A stretch of 64,000 bases of DNA from a virus, in IMG/VR virus record IMGVR_UViG_3300046804_003780. The stretch is one strand, 5' to 3'. How positions within the stretch are numbered: position 1 is the first letter of the stretch; each line of letters begins with the position of its first letter. Shown here one piece after another: positions 57,025 to 64,000 of the stretch. Below the pieces are notes generated by a model, which did not search any database, was not told where the DNA came from, and saw only the letters and a program-made list of their open reading frames with translations. The position numbers and the translations under genes are program-made.

Positions 57025-57341
57025 ACTATTTTTGGTTACAAGGCATAGTTGCCCCGAAGATCATGCTGCTAGAGCAAAAACCTCATCGTTAGCTGCGTTT
57101 GCAGTTATAGTTTTGCTTGATTGACAGTCATCGCCTACTGTGTTGTCCATATCCTTACTAATTGCCCTGTCGAAACCAAATTCAGGCCCATCATAAGAGG
57201 ATTATAGCAAATGCAATCACTATGGCTGCTAAACTATAAACAATTGTTTCGCCTACTTGATACATTCTAATCTCCTTATGGTGGACCTGCCCGGGGTCGA
57301 ACCGGGGTCCAGAACACCTTTCATTCAACTTCATACAACAA
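57025..57341 (-). ncRNA. ssrA: Circularly permuted two-piece tmRNA; tag ANAANDEVFALAA; outer ends approximate
   Basis: Acceptor piece first (T-arm CCCGGTTCGACCCCGGG, then CAGGTCC-A-CCA ending at 57279). Coding piece starts GGGCCTG at 57189, giving G3:U70. Tag ORF at 57102..57061. Confidence 0.93.
57191..57265 (-). CDS. 24-aa hydrophobic peptide inside the tmRNA intervening segment
   Basis: TAAGGAG-6 nt-ATG; MYQVGETIVYSLAAIVIAFAIILL. Confidence 0.6.
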   Translation of the reverse strand: MYQVGETIVYSLAAIVIAFAIILL

Positions 57342-57470
57342 TTCTTTAAGCTGTTGACAATATACTTGACATTGCCCACACCTATGATCCAGCTCAAAAA
57401 TACGCTGAATTAATTCCTCTTTTGTCTTAAAATCTGATTCTTTAATATTTCTACAAACACAAATAATCAT
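57321..57470 (-). CDS. Bfd-like [2Fe-2S] ferredoxin (not in track)
   Basis: MIICVCRNIKE...CGQC, 49 aa. Confidence 0.65.
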   Translation of the reverse strand: MIICVCRNIKESDFKTKEELIQRIFELDHRCGQCQVYCQQLKELLYEVE

Positions 57471-57471
57471 A

Positions 57472-57609
57472 TTAGTCAAAAAGATTTTCATTAGTATCTT
57501 TAGGCTTTATCCACTCATGATACACAAGTAGCATTGCTATTGAGATGCAACCCATAAGCATAACGCCCAAAAGAAACCCGATGATAAAATATAATTGCTC
57601 AGTTCCCAT
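57472..57609 (-). CDS. 45-aa membrane peptide (not in track)
   Basis: MGTEQLYFIIGFLLGVMLMGCISIAMLLVYHEWIKPKDTNENLFD. Confidence 0.45.
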   Translation of the reverse strand: MGTEQLYFIIGFLLGVMLMGCISIAMLLVYHEWIKPKDTNENLFD

Positions 57610-57651
57610 TTTTTTATTATTCTAATCTAATATTTAGACTAAAACAATCAT

Positions 57652-59850
57652 TTAGGGTCTTATACTATTAAATTTTGTCTGTAACCATTCCCAATCATAA
57701 GTAAATTTAAGTTTATCAAAGTCACCATTTACAGATTCATAATATTCGACTGCATGTTTGGCTCCTTTAATAGCATACTCTGCAAAGTCACCATAAGCAG
57801 TATTTAGCCAAATAGTTAATCTATCTTTGCTTATTTTGTCGTTTAGTGTTTCCACATTGTATTTTAACTTAATAACTTCTCTAAAAGCAGTTCTCCAAGT
57901 ATCCCACTCACTAGTATTAAATACCCCAATACCTGAATTTATGTCGATCACAGCATGGGGACTATCTAATGTAAAGTCCAGTCCTTTACCTGTAGTGTTT
58001 AAAGTTAATCTTTTATTATTTGCAACTATTGCCATATGTCCGTATTCCAATCCATTTACAGGATTAGTGGCCCGAAATATGTAATGTCGTGCTGTACACA
58101 TACGATCAGGTTGCCAGCTAAAATCAAAATTAGGATTTACTCTGCATTTTCCGTTTATTAGAAAATACCACGGTGTTGATGCCATTTTTGCTGCTTCATG
58201 TTGACTAGCAACACGACCTTTAATATCTTTAAGTCCAATTATATTATTAGGTAAACCTTTAGCTAATGTTAAGAGATGTTCATAATTTTCTTCTGCCCCC
58301 TTTTCACCGTTACTCAAAAAAATTATGTCTAGCGGTTTGTTTTTATATCCTGCTGTGTGATATTTTATGTAAGGATAATCTTGTAATTTGTCATAAAGAT
58401 AAGGTATAGCTTCTTTGGGCACAATTGCATGAGTATTATCAATAATATGAATATTCGAATTAGAGTCTAGCTTAGGCATAAATTCTACATGATTTAATTC
58501 TCCTAATCCTAATTGAATGTAATCTGTTTCTGTTTTTGAATTTACAAGGGCATCAAATAAGCTATCCTCAACAGGAACTTCATCAAGCATCAATTTAACA
58601 ATATCTACATCCATAAATTTATAATTGGTTGCACCTTTTACTTTATAGTGTACTGTAGGCATATCTTTGCTAGAAGACCATTGATTTCCAAATACGTAAA
58701 TGTATGGTGGGTCGAAAGGATTAGGAACCCAACTATAATCAATAATTAATTTTGGTTTTAAAAGTCGCCATGCTCTGTTTTCTTTATCAGGTAATAATTT
58801 TGCCTTAATGTTATTAATATATTTTTTTTCTGTTGCTCCTTTTACTTTGTAAATTAGAGTGGGCATTACCTCAGCATCATACCACTGATTACCAAATACA
58901 TAGATATAGGGAGGTTCTGTTTCATCAGGATGCCAGCTATAGTCAAACTCAATATTATTTTTTAAAGGTCTAAAACATCTATTTTGCGGGTCCTGTAGTC
59001 TAGTAACTTTTTGAAAATTAACAAACTTTGTTCCTAACGGATTACCTTTTACAAACTTCGGTCCTCCTGTCTTTTGCCATTGAGTACCAAATTCATACTC
59101 CATTGGTGGTTCATGTGGATTAGGGCACCAACTATAATCAAAATTACTATCATCAATATTTTTTGGAATAATCCAGTTTTCTTTGGATGGTAGTAATGTT
59201 GCTTTTATAATATTCACATATTTTTTTTCTGTTGCCCCTTTTACTCTATATTGAAATGTAGGCATTACCTCAGCATCATACCACTGATTACCAAACACGT
59301 GAATATACGGAGGGTCATATGGATTAGGTCTCCAACTTTTATCAATATTATCAATAGAAGCATTGAATATTAATTGTTTCCAACATTTATCATCTAGATT
59401 AGGTAACAGTGTTGCTTTATAATTATTTACATATTTTTTTTCTGTGGCTCCTTTGACCCTATATTGAAATGTAGGCATTTCTTCAGCACCATACCATTGA
59501 TTACCAAATATGTAAATGTAGGGAGGTTCTGTTTCATCCGGATGCCAACTGAAATCTATAGATGCGTCGGGCACTAAAGGTCTCCAACCTCTATCATTTT
59601 CATTTGATAATTTTATTGCGTTTTGAAAACTATGATATTTTATTCCTTCATTTTCAGGTACTATAAAACGAGGTCCTCCCGTTTTTTGCCATTGTGTACC
59701 AAACTGATGAATATATGGTCTTTCGTAAACGAATGGACGCCACGTAAAATCGAACGTACTTGTATCTAAATTATCAGGTATTTCCCAATAACCTAATTCA
59801 TTAAGCTGTTTTCTTCTTTCTAAATCATTTAAGTCAGTAATTTGTAACAT
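57652..59850 (-). CDS. Repeat-containing protein with C-terminal glycosyltransferase-like domain
   Basis: About six W-x-P...P-Y-I-x-x-FG-x-QW repeats; C-terminal DIIFLS..WRTAFRE domain is paralogous to 61268..62209. Confidence 0.65.
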   Translation of the reverse strand: MLQITDLNDLERRKQLNELGYWEIPDNLDTSTFDFTWRPFVYERPYIHQFGTQWQKTGGPRFIVPENEGIKYHSFQNAIKLSNENDRGWRPLVPDASIDFSWHPDETEPPYIYIFGNQWYGAEEMPTFQYRVKGATEKKYVNNYKATLLPNLDDKCWKQLIFNASIDNIDKSWRPNPYDPPYIHVFGNQWYDAEVMPTFQYRVKGATEKKYVNIIKATLLPSKENWIIPKNIDDSNFDYSWCPNPHEPPMEYEFGTQWQKTGGPKFVKGNPLGTKFVNFQKVTRLQDPQNRCFRPLKNNIEFDYSWHPDETEPPYIYVFGNQWYDAEVMPTLIYKVKGATEKKYINNIKAKLLPDKENRAWRLLKPKLIIDYSWVPNPFDPPYIYVFGNQWSSSKDMPTVHYKVKGATNYKFMDVDIVKLMLDEVPVEDSLFDALVNSKTETDYIQLGLGELNHVEFMPKLDSNSNIHIIDNTHAIVPKEAIPYLYDKLQDYPYIKYHTAGYKNKPLDIIFLSNGEKGAEENYEHLLTLAKGLPNNIIGLKDIKGRVASQHEAAKMASTPWYFLINGKCRVNPNFDFSWQPDRMCTARHYIFRATNPVNGLEYGHMAIVANNKRLTLNTTGKGLDFTLDSPHAVIDINSGIGVFNTSEWDTWRTAFREVIKLKYNVETLNDKISKDRLTIWLNTAYGDFAEYAIKGAKHAVEYYESVNGDFDKLKFTYDWEWLQTKFNSIRP
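58862..59295. repeat. 35-bp perfect direct repeat (58862-58896 and 59261-59295) within the repeat protein
   Basis: GGCATTACCTCAGCATCATACCACTGATTACCAAA occurs twice. Confidence 0.9.
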
Positions 59851-61266
59851 TTACTTTATATTTTTCCAGTCATTATATAATTCAATAAATTCGGGAAATA
59901 TTTGTAAAAAATTAGTTCCGCGTCTTTTATCATGCTCATCTACAAACTTTATAAAGTCCTGTCTATTGATGCTTAAATTAGGATTTGGATTGTCAAGCTC
60001 GTGATTTACGATTGTTAAGACTCTTTTTAATTTATCAATTTCATGGTCATAGAATCCCATATAGGCCTGAGAAGGAATTCGTAAACCTATCTCTTTGTGG
60101 TCTTCCATAAACTTTACCTGTTCTTCAATAAAATGTACATAATTTTTTGGTATTATAAATGCTGGTTGATGAGCAGGGAATCTTAAATAGGGTATATCAA
60201 TAGAAAGTACCATTTTACGATTAGCAACTGATATTTCTCTATACTTTTGTCTTATATCTAACACATCTTGTAAAAATGTTTTGAATGATGGTACACTTAA
60301 AATATTGTAGGTGCTAGTTACTGATAAAACTACATTGGGTACTTCAGTAATAAGCCTTTCAATATTTTTAATCCAATCATTGTAATTTAAACCAAAGCGT
60401 GTATATTCTGCTTGTTTACCATGTGCCTCTGCACTTGTAAAAATACGCAGTTTCGATACACATTTATTTTCATCTATTATCTTTAATTTTTCAATAAGTT
60501 TATCAAACAATTCTTTTGGAGGATTTAAATTAGAGTTAATACTGAAACATAATTTAGGATTAGGATTTTCAATGATATAATCTAAAACTTTAAATGTATC
60601 TTTACTTAATATAGGTTCTCCGCCTGTTATTCTAAACTCTAAAAGTTCTTTATACATCTTAGGCCACCAGTCCCAAAACGCATCCATGTATGGATTATGC
60701 TGATTGTTTGGTATTGGTATTTGATTCTTTGTTTTAATCCATTCTAAACTGTTAAAATTTGAAGTAGTTGGATAAGGACCATGTCTTTCAATTTCTTCCA
60801 TCCATTGACTACTTATGTGAGGCATACAATAACTACACTTAAAATTACATACACTACTAAAACTCACCTCAACATAACTTGGATTAACATCATCGTCCCA
60901 AGGTTTGTCACTAATATCTTTAATAAAAGGATAACCCCACATAGGATCTGCGCTTTTATAAATTCTGTCACTATATTGGTTTCCTGCATCCTCTGCTCTC
61001 CAACAATAATCACATTCAGTTGGTCTTATTCCAACTAACATTTGTTTTCTTAATTCTTTTTTGAATTTAGTATTGTGTAGGGCTGAAGGATTTACTGCAA
61101 TTTCTTCTAATGGAACTAGGTGAGTTCCTGGGTGATGACAACTATGAGTGTGTCCATTATGTAAATGCATCGTAACTTGTTTCCACTTAGCAACACAAAA
61201 ACTAGGACTCACTGCGTTAATTTCCTCAGCAGCCTTTGCTAAATGTTTTTGATAATTATCATTCAT
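59851..61266 (-). CDS. Radical SAM protein with N-terminal twitch/SPASM-like Cys motifs
   Basis: CNFKCSYC, TGGEP; FCVAKW, SCHH, CDYCW. Confidence 0.9.
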   Translation of the reverse strand: MNDNYQKHLAKAAEEINAVSPSFCVAKWKQVTMHLHNGHTHSCHHPGTHLVPLEEIAVNPSALHNTKFKKELRKQMLVGIRPTECDYCWRAEDAGNQYSDRIYKSADPMWGYPFIKDISDKPWDDDVNPSYVEVSFSSVCNFKCSYCMPHISSQWMEEIERHGPYPTTSNFNSLEWIKTKNQIPIPNNQHNPYMDAFWDWWPKMYKELLEFRITGGEPILSKDTFKVLDYIIENPNPKLCFSINSNLNPPKELFDKLIEKLKIIDENKCVSKLRIFTSAEAHGKQAEYTRFGLNYNDWIKNIERLITEVPNVVLSVTSTYNILSVPSFKTFLQDVLDIRQKYREISVANRKMVLSIDIPYLRFPAHQPAFIIPKNYVHFIEEQVKFMEDHKEIGLRIPSQAYMGFYDHEIDKLKRVLTIVNHELDNPNPNLSINRQDFIKFVDEHDKRRGTNFLQIFPEFIELYNDWKNIK

Positions 61267-61267
61267 T

Positions 61268-62209
61268 CTACCAACCTTCTAATTTTCTTATTACGTCCAT
61301 TTCTTTAACCAATGGCCCTAAATTATGTCTACTTGTGTTGTAGTGTCGTTTAAAAAATTTACTTTGTTCAGGTATGAACACAGATATTGGCAAACCAAGT
61401 TTACGTGTTAAACTTTCTGACATTTCATTTAAGAATTTATCATTATATTTGTTGGCCATAAAATCCTCGTATATTTCAGGATAATTGTCAAACCAATGCA
61501 CATTATTATGATCCCAATTAGTGAGCATAGTCATGTAAGTGCCATACCGCGACCCGTATATAGCATATTCACCATTTTCAACATCTGTGCCTATATTATG
61601 CCATATTGTAAGATTGTCTAAATTTCTTGTGGCTACACTTTGTTTAAATTTGTCTATACTAGGTTTAATCCCGTTTACCAAACACATTTTTACACCTTCT
61701 CGAAATCCAGCACGCCAAGCTTGAAAAGGTGTATAGTTAGGATATGTTGTACTATAACAGTCATGCATACTCCAATAAGAGCCATTTAAATAATCTAAGC
61801 AAAAATCTACTGTTGATATTGCATTTCCATCACTTGCTTCATGAGTACGCATGTTAAAAACATAATCTTTTGTCCAACAACTTATACCACCATTACCGTA
61901 TGTTAATCCATTGATTATATTTTTTGCTTTCCATCTATATTGTGCTTTTTGGTAACTCTCATCTTTATCAGTAAAATTAAGTGTAAGATTAAAAAAATTA
62001 AAGTCAGGTAGATTGTCACCATCTATCAATATAAAACGTTCAGTAAAACTTTCTTCTGCTGCAGCTTTATGAGCAGCATCACTTCCTTTAACTCCGTCAA
62101 CTCTACGTGCCCAAGGCACCATATTTTTAATTTTAACCCAAAATTCTTCTTTTTGCGGTTCATCATAACTAAGATAAATGCAGTCTAAATCTGCAATTTC
62201 AACGTTCAT
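61268..62209 (-). CDS. Glycosyltransferase-like (GT-A) protein
   Basis: LSYDEP, GVKGSDAAH, IDGDN, YGNGG, WRAGFREG. Confidence 0.65.
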   Translation of the reverse strand: MNVEIADLDCIYLSYDEPQKEEFWVKIKNMVPWARRVDGVKGSDAAHKAAAEESFTERFILIDGDNLPDFNFFNLTLNFTDKDESYQKAQYRWKAKNIINGLTYGNGGISCWTKDYVFNMRTHEASDGNAISTVDFCLDYLNGSYWSMHDCYSTTYPNYTPFQAWRAGFREGVKMCLVNGIKPSIDKFKQSVATRNLDNLTIWHNIGTDVENGEYAIYGSRYGTYMTMLTNWDHNNVHWFDNYPEIYEDFMANKYNDKFLNEMSESLTRKLGLPISVFIPEQSKFFKRHYNTSRHNLGPLVKEMDVIRKLEGW

Positions 62210-62486
62210 GTATTTTTAAACTCCATTTTTTTGATTTGCTTCCATCATATACTATACTAATATCACTATTATAGCAACTAATTCCTGTAACAGAAGGCAT
62301 TAACTTTGCAATTAATTTTTTGTCATATAAGGGTACTATTTTTTTATCTACAATTTTAATGTCAAATCTTGATTCAAAATAAGTTTGTGAATCAATGACA
62401 ATAAAATTACCCTCAGGTTTATCGCAGGTATAAAATAATACGCTACCAGTTTCACTATAATAAAGTCTAAATTCAGGTAAGTTCAT
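62199..62486 (-). CDS. Hypothetical protein
   Basis: ORF track. Confidence 0.6.
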   Translation of the reverse strand: MNLPEFRLYYSETGSVLFYTCDKPEGNFIVIDSQTYFESRFDIKIVDKKIVPLYDKKLIAKLMPSVTGISCYNSDISIVYDGSKSKKWSLKIHER

Positions 62487-63273
62487 TCGATATTTTACAC
62501 GAAAAGTTTTTAATATGATAATGAAATGGATATAATTGTGGGTATGTGTTTACTCGTAAACACTTTGGATTTATTTCATAAATTAATTCATTTGTCCAAT
62601 CGTCGGACATTAACTCGTTTATATATTGTTTCATATGAATCATACTAAAGGATCTAAAGTTTGGTAATGTCGTGTTTTCTATCCCGTGAATTAAACATGC
62701 TATTGCATAAACCCAATCCGTAGTTGCTTCTTGATTTGGATCGCACTTTAACAAAGGTTTATAAAGTTCCCAATTTTCAAAGCAATGCCTAACCGTTTTA
62801 AAAAACTTTTCAGAAAAATTTGATTTGTTAAAATATGTTATTGCATTGTAGACATTAGGCAAATTATTATTGACTATAAAATTTCTATAAAATAAATTTT
62901 CTGATACATTATTTCTAAAATCTCTTATAGTTGAACAAACAACCACATCTTTTTGTGTTAGTATTTCCCACCAAAACTCAATATTAGTAGGCATGTACAT
63001 ATCTGCCTCTAGTTTAATAGTGTGATCATATGGGCTTGCTTCATATACTTGCCAGTCGTTTATTAGCTTCCAATCTGATTCTTTTGCTAAATCACCGTGT
63101 GGCAAAGCAACCGTATAATCAAAATATTTGCTGTTGTCTACGTCATCAGTAACTAAAGTTACACTAGCATTAGGCATTACATTTTTAATGCTATTAGCTA
63201 AGATTTCTGCACAATATATATAATCAACATTTTTAGTATTCTGTGCTATTACTACAAAACCTTTATTCATCAA
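62473..63273 (-). CDS. Glycosyltransferase-like (GT8-like/GT-A) protein
   Basis: SPYDHTIKLEAD, FHYHIK. Confidence 0.65.
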   Translation of the reverse strand: MMNKGFVVIAQNTKNVDYIYCAEILANSIKNVMPNASVTLVTDDVDNSKYFDYTVALPHGDLAKESDWKLINDWQVYEASPYDHTIKLEADMYMPTNIEFWWEILTQKDVVVCSTIRDFRNNVSENLFYRNFIVNNNLPNVYNAITYFNKSNFSEKFFKTVRHCFENWELYKPLLKCDPNQEATTDWVYAIACLIHGIENTTLPNFRSFSMIHMKQYINELMSDDWTNELIYEINPKCLRVNTYPQLYPFHYHIKNFSCKISNELT

Positions 63274-64000
63274 AAATCTCTAAAAAATTGTCTTTATTAA
63301 GCATGTGAAAATCTGTATCTTTTACAATAATATATTTGGACTTTTCTTGTTTTAAAACTATTTTATATTCAGTGTTAGAAATTTTTTGAACATAAGTATT
63401 CTCACCAATATGTAATAAATTCCAAGGTATAAAATTATTTTTATTTTCTAAATGTCCGTTTAGTATACGATTAGCAATAGCAAACGCATGATCATTTCTA
63501 AATGTTTCAGACCACATGCCATGTAAATCAATATAATGTTGATAATTATCTTGAACCATTTTTACACAATCAAATAACAATTTGATTCTGTCACTTTTTT
63601 TAAAAAATAGAACCGTTGCCCATAATGTATTAAAACTAGCCTGACCTAATTTTTCCTGTGAGACATCAGGATACATTAGGTACTTACAGGAGTTATGTAT
63701 ACAGTAATCTTCATAAAAATCAAAAACTTTTAATAATTTGTTAGAATTAATTACATAGTCAACATCTAAGATTATGGTTTCATCATACGGAGTGAGCGAA
63801 TAAGCATTATACCTACCTTTGTTGTACCATACCTTTTCTTTTTTTGTATTTGATTTGTCACGCTCCAAATAAATTATATTATCAAAATTATAATTTGTTT
63901 GAGAATCAGTTATTAGTGTACAAGGCAAGTTTAAAAAGTGATTCACTTTTTTAGCCGTAAAATGAGCCATTTTAATATAATCGACTTCATCAGTATTAAA
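63263..64000 (-). CDS. Glycosyltransferase-like (GT8-like) protein, 5'-truncated by the window
   Basis: Frame open to 64000 (FNTDEVDYIKMAH...); TPYDETIILDVD, RNDHAF, DFHMLNK. Confidence 0.65.
   Translation of the reverse strand, partial: FNTDEVDYIKMAHFTAKKVNHFLNLPCTLITDSQTNYNFDNIIYLERDKSNTKKEKVWYNKGRYNAYSLTPYDETIILDVDYVINSNKLLKVFDFYEDYCIHNSCKYLMYPDVSQEKLGQASFNTLWATVLFFKKSDRIKLLFDCVKMVQDNYQHYIDLHGMWSETFRNDHAFAIANRILNGHLENKNNFIPWNLLHIGENTYVQKISNTEYKIVLKQEKSKYIIVKDTDFHMLNKDNFLEIFDE

Noticed and set aside
57279-57312. tRNA gene or integration-site (att) remnant
   Set aside because: No anticodon or D arm upstream. Its pairing partner and the tag ORF lie downstream, identifying a permuted tmRNA.
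57191-57397. 68-aa ORF as given in the track
   Set aside because: Its 5' part runs through the Bfd-like gene and the tmRNA T-arm. Only the SD-led last 24 codons are plausible.
1-64000. Stop-codon reassignment, CRISPR array, introns/inteins in core genes
   Set aside because: Core genes are full length in the standard code with TAA, TGA and TAG all used as stops. No repeat-spacer array was seen. Terminase, helicases, RecA and ThyA have normal lengths.

Overview
This is a 64 kb segment of an AT-rich, large tailed dsDNA phage with T4-like core genes. A Gram-negative, probably betaproteobacterial host is inferred from the PstS, porin and tmRNA tag. Most genes lie on the minus strand. From left to right: a giant fibre/adhesin ORF (>2380 aa, open at the left edge, absent from the ORF track); exonuclease; IscA; head/virion proteins; a replication/recombination block (gp41 helicase, primase, a miniature DnaE, DEDD exonuclease, gp62-like, UvsW, UvsY, UvsX, gp32); large terminase; a ubiquitin-like protein; spanins; ThyA; an AAA/VWA pair; a serine-glyoxylate-type aminotransferase; a plus-strand tail-fibre module; a Pho-box-preceded phosphate island (pstS, OprO/P porin, PlcP-like phospholipase, GT2); a circularly permuted two-piece tmRNA whose intervening segment is filled by a small ORF; and a glycosyltransferase/radical-SAM cluster. 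Best candidates for new biology are the phage-encoded P-starvation lipid-remodelling island, the ORF-carrying permuted tmRNA, the ubiquitin-fold protein and the 192-aa DnaE. All product calls come from motif recognition by eye; no searches were run.
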